Shown: positions 1-10,060, counted from the stretch's first letter. The stretch: DNA of 32,000 nucleotides from Candidatus Iainarchaeum sp. (GCA_038736825.1 JAVYME010000006.1:4382-36381), one strand, 5' to 3'. Notes: generated from the letters alone by a model not told the origin. Numbers and translations: made by a program.

Positions 1-3000
1 ATTTCAATGCTGCTTGCCAATGGTTCAGCCCAAAGCCAGCCATTCATTGCAATCGAATTTTTTTTAACAAATTCTATTTCTTTTTCTTCAAGTTTTGTTT
101 CCGGTGAAAGCCCAAATTGAAGGAAGGAGTGTTTTTCAAAAAACGAGAAAAAGTTGCGCACTTCCTCTTCAGAAATCTTGAACCTTTGCATTGCAATTTC
201 AAAATAGCAGTTGCCTGAGGCAAGATTGCAGTTCCGGCTTTGCTCGGCAATCCATTCCTGGTTTTCAAGGAAAACTGGAAGCGATAAAAGCCTTGCTCCC
301 CCGTTTTTTGCAAAGTCTCCAGCATGCCAGCTGCCTCTTGAAACATAAAAGTCTTCTGTAAACCTTGCTTCCATTGCAGTCTGTTTCATTCCAGCCAAAA
401 TTTCCAGTTTTTTCAAGAGTGCGCTTTCCCCTTTTTTCCATTCAGTGTATTTTGCGCTTGCAGTATCACAAGGACTTGAATAGTCAACGTATATGTTTTC
501 AAGACCGTATTGTTCTCCAAAGCATTTTTTGACAGATGCTTCCAGCACAGAGAGTGCAGTGCTTTCTTGGACTCTTTCAGTGCTGCCAATTGGTTGTCCT
601 TGGAGGGCTTTTTGTCTTGCAGCTTGCAGGAATTCAATCCAGTCCCTGTCCAGAGTGCAATTCGGGTTTTCGAATTCTTTTCGGCTTCTTGCTGGCTTTT
701 CTCCCGAAAATTCTAGGCAGTTTTTCCAGTCTGCTTCCATCCATTTTGCTTGAATTTCTATTCCGGCTTTCACTGAAGGGGGATCGCTCTCTTTTGGTTT
801 TATCACTGGAATGCCTGTTTTGTCAGTCGGATAAGGGTATTTTTTTTGAAGCCAGTTTTTCCAGCCTGCCTTTTCAGTGGAATAAAACACCAGTTTGTTG
901 TTATCAGAGGCTGCTGGCAGGACTATGAATTCCTTTCTTGAAAGATCCAAAAAGGTTTGTTCATGGGTTCTTTTTTCATTGGCAATGGAGTCATAAAAAA
1001 ACTGTTTTTCTTTTTCGCTCATTTCAGCAAGGCTTTTTTCAGCAATTGCCTGCATTTCGGCAAAGAAAATGTAAAGTTGTGCTGCATCACAGTATTTTTC
1101 AGTGCAGTCCACTACCCTTTTGCTCTCGTTTTCAGCGCGAAGGTTCATTGCCCACAACCAATTCCTTTGTTCAACGAATTCCGGTGCACCTTCACCGGTT
1201 TTTTCGCATTGGCAGTTCAATCCAGTGCCCTTTTTTTCTACAAGCGATGGACGATAATTGAGTGGAAGGAAGTCAACACTTTTCCCGCCCTTTCTGTCGT
1301 ATACTGTCAGTTTGAGGAATTGCTCTCCCTCGTTGGGGCCAAGCCACTTGTAAGGCGTGAAATCCTCAACTAGAACCCCAATGGCTGGAGTGCGGCTTTC
1401 CTTTACAAGATTCCATTGGATTGTCCTATCGTTTTCAAGCGTGAAAGCTTGCACTGGAAAATAATAGTCTTGCGAAGCATTTGCAGTCTCATAGCTTAAG
1501 GCAAACCTGACCAGCAAGCTAATACTGGCTGTTGCAAGTTGTGAGCTGATTCCTAAAACGTCTCTGAACACATAGTTAAGTGCCTCTTTCCACGGGCTTT
1601 GAGCAGTATCCCAAGCAATCCTGACAGCTTTTGCTATTTGCCCGATGGGTAATTTGCCAGCAGGAGTGCCTACAAAGACATGCTCTCCAATAGTCCCGCT
1701 TAGGAAGGACAGCACCCAGCTAACACCGTTCTGCCAGGTGAAAAATTTGATATCAACTCCTCTTGAATCTGTCCCAAAAACCTTTAATTGTCCAACTTCC
1801 ACAGTATATTTTTCAAAATCCCTTCCATACGCAATGCCTTTTATTTGATAAAAAGAAGTGCTTAACTCGTTGCCTTTCGTTCCAATCGGTTCAAGCAAGG
1901 CAACCGGTGGAGCGTTTGCAAGAGACAATGCTTTCTTTGCATTAATGAGTCCAAAGCCTTGAGCGGAAAAAGGAAGCTTTTTGTCCATGGCTGTATTCCT
2001 TATAGCCATTTTTATTTCAAGAGCCGACCAGTCTGGATTTTTTTCCTTTAAAAGCGCGGCAAGCCCTGAAACATATGCTGCGGAAACCGAAGTGCCGCTA
2101 ACCGAATTATATCCTGGAATGCTGCAAGCGCTTTCACCTGAAAAGATTGCGCTTGCCTGCCCGCACTCCAAAACACTAGCAGTCAAAGGCTTTGCAGCGC
2201 ATTCACTGAATCCAGGCGCAATAACATCCGGTTTCATGATCACGCCTTCTTCCCATGAAACAATTCCAGTGCCTGAACCAGACATCAAAAAATCCGAACC
2301 GCCACAGTAAATCCCAGGGGTTTTTTTGGATCTATCGCTTCCACCGTAAGCTCCAACAGTTATTGCCTTTAATGAATTTCCGGGAGCACCAATTGAATTC
2401 GGAATTGTGTTTACCCTATAATCTGGGTTATAAGGCCACAATTCAAGTGGACTGCTTTCAGCCTTTAAACCGTTGTTTCCAGCTGAAACCACTACTACAG
2501 AGCCTGCTTCCACTGCGCTGTCCACTGCCTTTGAAAGAGCTCCATAATGCTCTCCGTTTTTCGTGCTGTTCATGCTAATGTTTATAACATCAGCTCTATT
2601 GCCAAACTTGCACTCCATTGCGCTGTCTTTGCACAAATCTTGTGGGTCTATTGCACGCTTTAGTGCCTGAATTAAGTCGCTTTCAAAAGAGCCAGCTAGA
2701 AAACTCTCTTCACTCTTGCAATTCCAAGCTCTCAACGGAATGATTTCAGCTTCAGGGGCAACACCCCAAACTTCACCTTCATCCAATTTGTTGTTAAGGT
2801 TTGGGTCTTGTTTGGCTGTTGCAATTCCAGCAATTGCTGTTCCATGCCCAACCAAGTCCAGTGGTTGTTCAGTGGATCTAGGAAAGCTCATTATTGCAGT
2901 TCCAAGGCCACAACCCGGCGTGGTTTCTTTTAGTGCTTCAGAGCGAGTGCATCCGTCAACACCAGTTGTTATTTTTTTGCAGTTTCCTTTTTCGAATTCT

Positions 3001-3611
3001 TCGCTTGAGCATGATCCAAAGGCTGGGTGCGAGAAGTCTATGCCTGTGTCTATGAATGCTATTTTGACTCCTTTTCCCGTGTAAAAGCTAAGGGGTATTT
3101 GTATTCCTATATCTTCTAGTTGCACACAGCTTGGGCATTGAGTTGCGCTTGCTTGGATTATTGTGTTTGGGTAAACTGCTTGCACTTCTGGGAGTTGAGA
3201 GATTTTTGTTGCCTCTTCTTCTGATATTTTTATCGCTATTCCGTTGAACAAGATAGAGAATTTTGCGAAAATTTTTGAATTGCATTCTGTTGCAGTCAAG
3301 CCCAGCGTTGAACAGATTTTTTGAATTCCTTTTGTTTGTGCGTCGGATTCAATTCCGGTTCTTGCTGCAAGGCTCATTCCCCTTAATTCTATTCCTGTTT
3401 GTGCTAGCGCGCTTGATAGTGCACTCAGCACTGTGCTTGTTCCACCATGCCTTGCTGTTTGGCTTTGAAATCCAGTGATTGTTGTGTCAAGTGTAAGGTT
3501 GTATGCGGTGATTGTGCCGCTTTCCTTGAATTCCACTATCCAGCCGTTTTGCTCGGCAAAAGCCTGCGACAAGACTAGCAAAAAAAGCATGGCAAAGCAA
3601 GTTTTTTTCAT
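1..3611 (-). CDS. Secreted subtilisin-like serine protease (peptidase S8) with signal peptide, I9-like propeptide and a roughly 690-aa uncharacterised C-terminal extension; 3' end runs off the left edge of the window
   Basis: Absent from the ORF track because no stop lies in the window. By hand translation the minus-strand frame stays open from the ATG at 3611-3609 to position 1. N-terminus is MKKTCFAMLFLLVLSQAFA. Asp motif IAFIDTGID (Asp codon 3050-3048), His motif GHGTAIAGIA (His codon 2846-2844), SAGNNG, and Ser motif SGTSVSAAYVSGLAALL (Ser codon 2090-2088). No competing long minus ORFs are listed across 640-3088. Confidence 0.85.
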   Translation of the reverse strand, partial: MKKTCFAMLFLLVLSQAFAEQNGWIVEFKESGTITAYNLTLDTTITGFQSQTARHGGTSTVLSALSSALAQTGIELRGMSLAARTGIESDAQTKGIQKICSTLGLTATECNSKIFAKFSILFNGIAIKISEEEATKISQLPEVQAVYPNTIIQASATQCPSCVQLEDIGIQIPLSFYTGKGVKIAFIDTGIDFSHPAFGSCSSEEFEKGNCKKITTGVDGCTRSEALKETTPGCGLGTAIMSFPRSTEQPLDLVGHGTAIAGIATAKQDPNLNNKLDEGEVWGVAPEAEIIPLRAWNCKSEESFLAGSFESDLIQALKRAIDPQDLCKDSAMECKFGNRADVINISMNSTKNGEHYGALSKAVDSAVEAGSVVVVSAGNNGLKAESSPLELWPYNPDYRVNTIPNSIGAPGNSLKAITVGAYGGSDRSKKTPGIYCGGSDFLMSGSGTGIVSWEEGVIMKPDVIAPGFSECAAKPLTASVLECGQASAIFSGESACSIPGYNSVSGTSVSAAYVSGLAALLKEKNPDWSALEIKMAIRNTAMDKKLPFSAQGFGLINAKKALSLANAPPVALLEPIGTKGNELSTSFYQIKGIAYGRDFEKYTVEVGQLKVFGTDSRGVDIKFFTWQNGVSWVLSFLSGTIGEHVFVGTPAGKLPIGQIAKAVRIAWDTAQSPWKEALNYVFRDVLGISSQLATASISLLVRFALSYETANASQDYYFPVQAFTLENDRTIQWNLVKESRTPAIGVLVEDFTPYKWLGPNEGEQFLKLTVYDRKGGKSVDFLPLNYRPSLVEKKGTGLNCQCEKTGEGAPEFVEQRNWLWAMNLRAENESKRVVDCTEKYCDAAQLYIFFAEMQAIAEKSLAEMSEKEKQFFYDSIANEKRTHEQTFLDLSRKEFIVLPAASDNNKLVFYSTEKAGWKNWLQKKYPYPTDKTGIPVIKPKESDPPSVKAGIEIQAKWMEADWKNCLEFSGEKPARSRKEFENPNCTLDRDWIEFLQAARQKALQGQPIGSTERVQESTALSVLEASVKKCFGEQYGLENIYVDYSSPCDTASAKYTEWKKGESALLKKLEILAGMKQTAMEARFTEDFYVSRGSWHAGDFAKNGGARLLSLPVFLENQEWIAEQSRNCNLASGNCYFEIAMQRFKISEEEVRNFFSFFEKHSFLQFGLSPETKLEEKEIEFVKKNSIAMNGWLWAEPLASSIE

Positions 3612-3613
3612 TT

Positions 3614-4300
3614 TCAGCACTTTTCCTTAAAGTATTTTATTGAGTTTTCCAAGAGCGCTATTTCTTCTTCTGCGTTTTTCCAGGGAAATTCCTCGCTTTT
3701 AAGGGAAATTGTTTCAGCTTCTGCTGGAAATTTTTCAATGAACTGTTTTGTTTTTTCATAAAACGCTTTAGCGGTTGCAGTCATTTTTTTTGCTGCCAAC
3801 AAGAGTTTTTCGTATTCCATGAATGTTTCACAGGTTGGTTTTTCATGCAATGTTTTTGCTTTTGCAAGCATTGTTTCATGCTCTTTTTTTGCAATTGCAA
3901 ATTCAACAATTTCCAAATAAGCGCTTGCAAGCAAGGCAATTTTTTCATCTTTAACGGTTTTTTGTTTTTCCAGTGATTCAATTATTTGCCGGAGTTCCAA
4001 AGCATTCTTTTTTTCAAGCTCTGAAAATGCCTCGTGAAGCCTTTCAGCGCTCACTCCGTTTGCTTTCCAGGCTTGAGCCAAATCCGAGTATTTTTCAAGA
4101 AAGGCTTTTTCTTTTGAGGTTGGCGTTGGAGTTTCAATTCGTGGAAGTGTTTCCGTCGGGCTTTTGAATAAGATTAGTGCAGTCAAAAAAATTGCAAGTG
4201 CAATGCAAACTGCTATAACAGCAATGCTCAAAGGTTTTAGTTTCCTTTTGCCCTTGGTGGTGAAAAGGAATGCCTTTGCTTCAGCAAAAGAGAAATTCAT
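3614..4300 (-). CDS. Hypothetical membrane-anchored coiled-coil protein (one N-terminal TM helix, PT-rich spacer, helical E/K-rich body)
   Basis: 228-aa ORF. TM segment is LSIAVIAVCIALAIFLTALILF. Its stop lies 2 nt upstream of the protease ATG, so the two are probably co-transcribed. A TATA-like box sits 24 nt upstream of the ATG. Confidence 0.7.
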   Translation of the reverse strand: MNFSFAEAKAFLFTTKGKRKLKPLSIAVIAVCIALAIFLTALILFKSPTETLPRIETPTPTSKEKAFLEKYSDLAQAWKANGVSAERLHEAFSELEKKNALELRQIIESLEKQKTVKDEKIALLASAYLEIVEFAIAKKEHETMLAKAKTLHEKPTCETFMEYEKLLLAAKKMTATAKAFYEKTKQFIEKFPAEAETISLKSEEFPWKNAEEEIALLENSIKYFKEKC

Positions 4301-4324
4301 GTAATTGTTAAGTGTTGAAAGAAG

Positions 4325-4332
4325 TATTTATA
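4325..4332 (-). promoter_or_regulatory. TATA box (TATAAATA on the minus strand) for a leaderless transcript of the 3614-4300 / protease unit
   Basis: The minus strand reads agTATAAATActtctttcaacacttaacaattacATG. The 24-nt spacing to the ATG fits an archaeal leaderless mRNA. Confidence 0.5.
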
Positions 4333-4549
4333 CTTGATGGTGGCTGTTGCCCTCTGGCTGAAAAAACTACCCTGGATAAAAGCTTTTAATCCATGGCGGT
4401 TTTTGCGGTTCTTCGCCTTTTGAAAGCATTTCCTTCCATTAACCAAGAAATGAAGTTATTGCTTGCATTTCTTGTAAATTTAAACCGGTCCGGCTGGCTT
4501 TCACTTAACCAGTAAGGAAATTTTTCCTTTTTTTTTAATTCTTTTTTTC

Positions 4550-4576
4550 AAAAAAACCGGGATTGTCCTGAAGGAC
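4550..4576 (-). terminator. Oligo-T terminator candidate downstream of the 4595-6274 gene
   Basis: The minus strand shows a short hairpin (gtcc..ggac) followed by cccggTTTTTTT, about 20-45 nt after the stop. Confidence 0.4.
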
Positions 4577-4594
4577 TGTTAATTGCCTGCGTGT

Positions 4595-6274
4595 TTATTG
4601 TTCTTTTTTTTCTTTTATCCTGATAATGGCAATTATGCAGGCTGCAATGATTGTTGCCAGCAATGGATTGGTTTCAGGGGTTTCAAGTTCTGGTGCTGGC
4701 ATGCCAACAACTATGTTTTTTGTTTTCGGGCAATTAGTGCATTCTTCGCCTAAAATTGTTGCTTTCAAAGTGTAAATGCCTGGTTCTGGAAAGCCTTGCC
4801 TTGAAAAAACCAGGCTTTTTTCTTTGCAGGGAATGTTTTCGTGTGGAATGCTTGTGATTGCACTTCCGTTCTCGTGAAAGTATTCTATTCTTGCTTGTGC
4901 ATCCTTGTTGCACGCAATTGTTATGGTTGTCGGCATTGTTGCATTTTCTGGGTTTGTGGCGTCAAATTTGGTTATTGTGGCTCTTTCAGTTACATTGATT
5001 GTTTTGTTTTTCGGGTTTGAAGAAGCGCCTGTATTGTCTGTTACTGTTAGCGATACAAGGAATTCTCCTTTTTTGGTGAAAACATGGGATGTTTTTGGAT
5101 CGGTTTTTGTTTCAGTTGAACCGTCTCCAAAATTCCAATTGTATTTTGCAATTGTTCCATCCGAATCACTGCTTCCAGAAGCATCAAATAAAACGGTTAG
5201 TGGAACAAGTCCTGAGTGCAAATTGGTTGTGAATTCCGCTTTAGGCTTGCAAGTGGCATTTCCGCCTATTGCTTGGCACCCATAAGGGCAAAGCACATCA
5301 TTATGAATTTGGCTTGAATTGGAATAACAAGAGCCTCCACTGCAACCCCTTTCAATGCAGTTTTTGCTTTGCCTTTTGCTGTTTCCATTGCAAGTGTAAA
5401 ATGGCCCAAAGTTTGGGTCACAAGTTGTGCCGGCATTGCAGTTGGCAGTCACACTCCAGCCATAGCAAGAGCCATTGTCACAGCAAGTGCCGGTTTCAAC
5501 ATTTTGTGCAGCATTGCACCTGGAAGAGCTCCAGCAAACAGGGGTTGGAATTGGTGTTGGAGTTGGAATTGGAGTTGGTGGCGGGGTTATTGTTGGGTGA
5601 GGTGTTAGAGTTGGTGTTGGAGATTGTGGGGGGCAAGGCAGGCATTTGCCATTACTGCAACCACAAGGACAGGTTGCCACAAAAACTATATCACAATAAG
5701 TGGTTTGGTTCCAGAGATCGTTTCCCTTGCAAAAGGTTGAAAAATTGCAAAGTGTTGGAGTTGGTTTTGGTGTTGGCGGAGGGGTTGGCGGTTGAGTTGG
5801 TGTGGGAATTGGCGTTTGTATTGGGGTTGGTGTGGGTGTGGGTGTTGGTGTTGGTGTTTGGCAGGCCAGGCATTGTCCGTTGCTGCAACCACAAGGACAG
5901 TTTTTCACAAAGTATTCGTCGCAGGACGAGTTTTTTTGCCATACATCTTTTCCCTTGCAAAAAGTTGAAGGAGTGCATTCCGGTTCCGGTTTTGTTTGGC
6001 ATCTCCAATTTTCGCACTTGTAGTCATGACAGTCTAAGCAGCTCCCACAGGTGCTTGGCCTGCAATTGGAGCAAGAACCAAGGCAGTCATCGCATCCAGT
6101 GCAACCACACCACCAAAGACAAATGCATGCTTCTTTGCATTGACAGCTTTCAGCTGTGCTTTGACAGTAGGGGCACCACCCAGTGCCTTTTATGCAGTTA
6201 GCTGCAAATCCTGGATTGAAAAGAAAAGCTAAAATTGTGAAAAGAGTCAAGATTGAAATTGATTTTTTTGCCAC
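4595..6274 (-). CDS. Hyper-cysteine-rich secreted surface protein with duplicated Cys modules, two Pro/Thr linkers, one PKD domain and a C-terminal TM anchor
   Basis: 559-aa ORF with a GTG start. Signal peptide is ILTLFTILAFLFNPGFAA. PKD signature is LFDASGSSDSDGTIAKYNWNFGDGS...VSLTVTDNTGA. The module STFCKG(K/N)D(V/L)W..C...FV..CPCGCSNG(Q/K)CL.C occurs twice. C-terminus is LLATIIAACIIAIIRIKEKKEQ. Confidence 0.85.
   Translation of the reverse strand: MAKKSISILTLFTILAFLFNPGFAANCIKGTGWCPYCQSTAESCQCKEACICLWWCGCTGCDDCLGSCSNCRPSTCGSCLDCHDYKCENWRCQTKPEPECTPSTFCKGKDVWQKNSSCDEYFVKNCPCGCSNGQCLACQTPTPTPTPTPTPIQTPIPTPTQPPTPPPTPKPTPTLCNFSTFCKGNDLWNQTTYCDIVFVATCPCGCSNGKCLPCPPQSPTPTLTPHPTITPPPTPIPTPTPIPTPVCWSSSRCNAAQNVETGTCCDNGSCYGWSVTANCNAGTTCDPNFGPFYTCNGNSKRQSKNCIERGCSGGSCYSNSSQIHNDVLCPYGCQAIGGNATCKPKAEFTTNLHSGLVPLTVLFDASGSSDSDGTIAKYNWNFGDGSTETKTDPKTSHVFTKKGEFLVSLTVTDNTGASSNPKNKTINVTERATITKFDATNPENATMPTTITIACNKDAQARIEYFHENGSAITSIPHENIPCKEKSLVFSRQGFPEPGIYTLKATILGEECTNCPKTKNIVVGMPAPELETPETNPLLATIIAACIIAIIRIKEKKEQ
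5540..5635 (-). repeat. Low-complexity Pro/Thr linker coding repeat (PTPTLTPHPTITPPPTPIPTPTPIPTP)
   Basis: Imperfect ggtgtt/ggagtt/ggaatt periodicity on the plus strand, inside the 4595-6274 CDS. Confidence 0.8.
5753..5861 (-). repeat. Low-complexity Pro/Thr linker coding repeat (TPTPTPTPTPTPIQTPIPTPTQPPTPPPTPKPTPT)
   Basis: ggtgtg/ggtgtt hexamer-like periodicity on the plus strand, inside the 4595-6274 CDS. Confidence 0.8.
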
Positions 6275-6316
6275 GTTAGAGTTAAGTTCATAACTTATTT
6301 ATTTCTTTTGGTGTGT

Positions 6317-6868
6317 ATGCTTACTATGCTTGTGTTGGGTAAATGGCAAAAGCTTGGCTTGCTTGGCTTGATTGTTTTTTTTGTGGTTTTGTTTTTGGTT
6401 TATGTTTTTTTTCCTGTTTTTTTTGGGAAAAAACAGGCAATGCCGGCATGTGACTTGAGGTCAAGCGAGTGTGCACCGGTTGAGGTTGGTGGTGCCAAGG
6501 TTGTAAAGCTTTCTGGTTTTGAGAATTTGGAAAAACTAGAATTGAATGTTGTTATTGAAAACAGCGGGTTTAATGTTTCAAATTTTTTAATTGAAAAACA
6601 AAGCTTTTCCCTCAAAGTGAAAATCTCAAACAAGGATTCCGAAAGCCATAGAATTGCCTTGCTGGGAAAAACAGAAAAAAATTCAGAAATCTTTGAAACA
6701 ATTGAACGCGAAAGAATCATCGCTCCAAACGAATCAACAGAAATACTCATAATCTCGCCAGGAAAACTGGACACCGAGGGAAAATTCTCCAAATACGAAA
6801 ACGACATGCTCTTATCATGCACAACCTGCAAATCAAATCCAAGACTCGATATTACTATAAAAAAATGA
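6317..6868 (+). CDS. Hypothetical membrane-anchored protein (N-terminal TM helix, beta-rich extracellular part)
   Basis: The ORF track starts at a TTG (6308); the first ATG is at 6317. TM segment is LGLLGLIVFFVVLFLVYVFFPVFF. I recognise no family. Confidence 0.6.
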   Translation: MLTMLVLGKWQKLGLLGLIVFFVVLFLVYVFFPVFFGKKQAMPACDLRSSECAPVEVGGAKVVKLSGFENLEKLELNVVIENSGFNVSNFLIEKQSFSLKVKISNKDSESHRIALLGKTEKNSEIFETIERERIIAPNESTEILIISPGKLDTEGKFSKYENDMLLSCTTCKSNPRLDITIKK

Positions 6869-6975
6869 TTTTGCAGTGTTTTGCTTAAAGATTGCATTAA
6901 GTCCTGCCTGTTTTTCTGCCACGAATTAAAACTTTTTTTAAGCGGATTAAAATCAGGAATAATGGAAAGGATAAT

Positions 6976-7002
6976 CCTGCACAGGCAAACGGCATTGAAT
7001 TC
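6976..7002 (-). other. 3' strand of the pre-23S processing stem
   Basis: The RNA-sense 3' flank GAAUUCAAUGCCGUUUGCCUGUGCAGG is complementary to the 5' flank at 10026-10060 (CCUGCACAGG 10/10, GGCAUUGA 8/8, GAAUUC 6/6). Confidence 0.65.
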
Positions 7003-7007
7003 AAGTT

Positions 7008-10004
7008 GCGTTAAAGCGTAACCTCGGGTTTTTAGTGTCAGTGGACTGAAAAGCTCGCCGAAGCTTGCTTCTTACATCTCTGACCTATCAAGCCGGTGTT
7101 ATACCGACACCCTTGTCCCTAGCGCTTTGCACCGAAGTGCAAAGTGTTCGGGATTGGCTGTCTATTTTCAGGGAACGCTTCAAGCTTAGATGCTTTCAGC
7201 TTTTATCGTTTACAGCGTGGCTACCCGGCTTTGCCTTGTCAGACAACCGGCAAACCAGTGGCTGCGACTCCAGGTTCCTCTCGTACTAATGGAATCTTTC
7301 CCTCAGACAACCAGCACTTCCAACAGATAGTATCCAAACTGGCTCGCACCGTTCTCAACCCAACTAACGTAGGGCTTTAATGAGTTAACACCTCCACCCT
7401 TGGCTGCTTATGCACAGCCAGGATGCCCTGAGACGACGGCGAAGTATCAAACCGCGGGGTCGATGTGGACTCTCACCCGCGACGGATCCATTACCCCCAA
7501 GGTAAGTTCACTATCAGACTAGGGCCCCTTCAATGGGCGCACTAGCGTTCACTAGACCGTGCTTTCGCAACAAGGTTTCTTGCTGTGTGAAACCCTGTAA
7601 AGCCTGCTTTTACTCTTATATTCAAAGGCGGATTTCTGACCCGCTTGAGCAGACCTTTGGATACCCCTGATATCTTTTCAGGGGTGTACCGCCCCAGTCC
7701 AACTGCCCGGCTAATGGTGTCCTTTTGCAAGTTAGCAAGACAGTTTTGTAGGGATGGTGTTACATTGTCGCATCCAGATTTCCTGACGAAAACCCTTCGA
7801 CTGCTCCCATCTACGCTATACTTACAAAACCGGCTCACAGCATCAGCTTGCAGTAAACCTCTGTGGGGTCTTCTCTTCCCGTTGGAAGTCCGCGGCATGT
7901 TCACCGCGTATCGCGTTCATCGGACTGAAGTCAGGGACAGTGGGGATCTCGTTGCTTCATTGGTGCAAGCCGGCATTAAACCGGCAAGGTATTACGCTAC
8001 CATGAGAGCCTCAGAGTTAGGCCCGCTCTTTACCAGCGCTTAGTCCCCTTGAACGGGGTTTTCACGTACTGGCAGTGAGCAGAGGTCAGCCCCTATTCAC
8101 ACCCTTGCGGGCTTGCAGGGACCTGTGTTTTTACTAAACAGTCGGACCCCCCTTGCTATTGAAACCAGGCATTCGCATGCCTGGCACCCCTTGTACCGAA
8201 GATACAGGGCTAATTTGCCGAATTCCCTTGACTTCATTACTCCGTTACGCCTAAGCTTTTTCAGCTAGGGGCACCCCTCTCGGTTCTCGGTACGGTTATT
8301 CGAAATCCTTGCCGCAAACCTTTTCACTGGCTCCAGGCCTCAGCCGAACCTTGCGGCTATTCCCATTTTTTGTCCTTTTCACACCATTACAGTTCTCCAA
8401 GGACTTATAATGGTTAAGGCCATCGACACTAGGCCTCAGCCTAGCCCGAAGCAACAGTTTGCAGCCATTCGTTGCCGAAAGCGTATTCGAATAGTACAGG
8501 AATATGAACCTGTTTCCCTTTCTCTTTCACCGTGTTACGGGAAAGATTAGGACCGACTGACCCTTAGCTAATGGTTAGCGCTAAGGAACCCTGGCCCTTT
8601 CGGCGGAAGGGATTCTCACCCTTCAATCGTTATTACTTGCCCAAGGATCCATACATCCAGCGGATTCACTGGACATTGCTGCCCAGCTTTCACTCCACCG
8701 GATTACCCCCTTACTGGTTGATAACTGTTACAGTTATCCCCAAAGGTTTCGGCAGCCGGTTTTAGCCCAGATTATCTTTCGGGGCCTTTGTCCTAGGTAG
8801 GTGAGCTATTACGCACTCTTTAGAGGGTGGCTGCTTCTAAGCCAACCTTCCTACTGTTTAAGGGCAGAGACACCCTTTGTGAGTGACACTTAACCGGCAT
8901 TTGTGGGCCTTAACCTTTGTCCGGGTTGTTCCCCTCCAAGACTAGCGGCTTACCCGCCAGCCCCCACTCCAGCCTTCTACGGCGATTGTTGCTTCGGAGT
9001 TTGAAAAGAAAGCCGGTCCTTTCGAACCAATACTTTCTACTCAGTATCTCTACACAACAATCAGCCTCTGGCCAGGCAATCCTTCGGGATTCTTCAGGGG
9101 GAGCCTGCAATCGCCAAGCGCGACTCGTATATCGCGCCTATTCCCAGGTCACCCGAGCAGATAGACTAGTACCGGTTGAAGTCCTCCACCTCTCGGAAGA
9201 GAGGCTTCGACTTGCCCAGGAATAGATCGCTTGGCTTCAGGTCTTGACCCAGTGACTGGGGCGCGAGAACACCCGCTCTCTCGCCGCATTTCGCGGTTGC
9301 AGAGCCTTCGGTTTCCCTTCGGCTGCTCCATTGACAGGATTAGCCTTGCCACTAGGACAAACTCCCTTGGTCGTGATTCTAGACGAACGGCGCAACCCTG
9401 GTCTGCAAGCTCGCTTGTTTTTTTGCAAAAACTTGCTTCGCTTGCTTCTACCCTTTTGAGCCGCGCCCGCCTGTCGCCATCTAGTTTCAAACGCTTTTCA
9501 GCCCCCGTTAGGGGTGCTTTTCAACCTTCCTTCACAGTACTAGTACGCTATCGGTCTCAACACGTATTTAGGGTTTGAAGTTAAAGACTCCATTCTTCGC
9601 GCGCAACATCCGGTGCACGCTACTCTTGAACTTGGCAATAATCCATTGCATTTCAGCTTACACGGCTTTCACGCTCTATGGCGCTCTGTTCCAAGAGACT
9701 TCTGCTTCAATGCTTTGGATTTAACCAAGCCAACACCACATCCACCATACATTGCTGTACGGTATTCGGTTTGCCCTCTGCCGTTTTTTCTCGCTGATAC
9801 TCACGGCATCTCAATTGATTTCTTTTCCTGCGGTTACTAAGATGCTTCAATTCACCGCGTATGCCCTCCCTTTCGGGATGATTCGGGAATCCAGGGTTCT
9901 AAGACTGCATGCGTCTCGCCCTGGCTTATCGCAGCTTGCCACGCCCTTCTTCGACAGTTGAGCCTAGTTATCCCCTAGATGGCTTTTTGTTCAACGCTTT
10001 ACGC
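7008..10004 (-). rRNA. rrl: 23S ribosomal RNA (ends approximate to +/-15 nt)
   Basis: The reverse complement carries the sarcin-ricin loop CCATTAGTACGAGAGGAACC (about 7278-7297), GCTGAAAGCATCTAAGC (about 7186-7202) and the 5' domain GAAGAAGGGCGTGGCAAGCTGCGATAAGCC (about 9922-9951). The terminal helix pairs 9994-10004 with 7008-7019. The length of about 3.0 kb argues against a large intron. Confidence 0.93.
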
Positions 10005-10025
10005 ATTCCAGTTCAAAAAAAACCG

Positions 10026-10060
10026 GAATTCGTGAAGTCAATGCCATTAACCTGTGCAGG
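10026..10060 (-). other. 5' strand of the pre-23S processing stem
   Basis: Complementary to 6976-7002 (see that entry). This geometry is typical of archaeal bulge-helix-bulge rRNA excision. Confidence 0.65.

Noticed and set aside
1-3611. The lack of any long ORF in the track over the first 3.6 kb could suggest non-coding DNA or an alternative genetic code
   Set aside because: Hand translation of the minus strand from 3611 gives an uninterrupted standard-code frame with clear S8 protease motifs. The track seems simply to omit ORFs without an in-window stop. The same applies to 31281-32000.
4334-4360. Possible C/D-box sRNA (TGATGG ... CTGA) in the 4301-4594 intergenic region
   Set aside because: There is only an imperfect C box and one CTGA. 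No C'/D' pair or terminal stem is present, and the spacing does not fit.
5269-6201. 310-aa plus-strand ORF, and other antisense ORFs at 4905-5285, 5369-5608 and 5802-6023
   Set aside because: They are antisense to the Cys-rich PKD gene. Their G/V/L-rich low-complexity sequence is the complement of PT and Cys codons, and they have no signal, domain or start context.
6869-6975. Possible 5S rRNA downstream of the 23S
   Set aside because: The segment is too short and lacks the conserved 5S loop sequences (no CCGAACACGGAAGTTAAG-like element on either strand).
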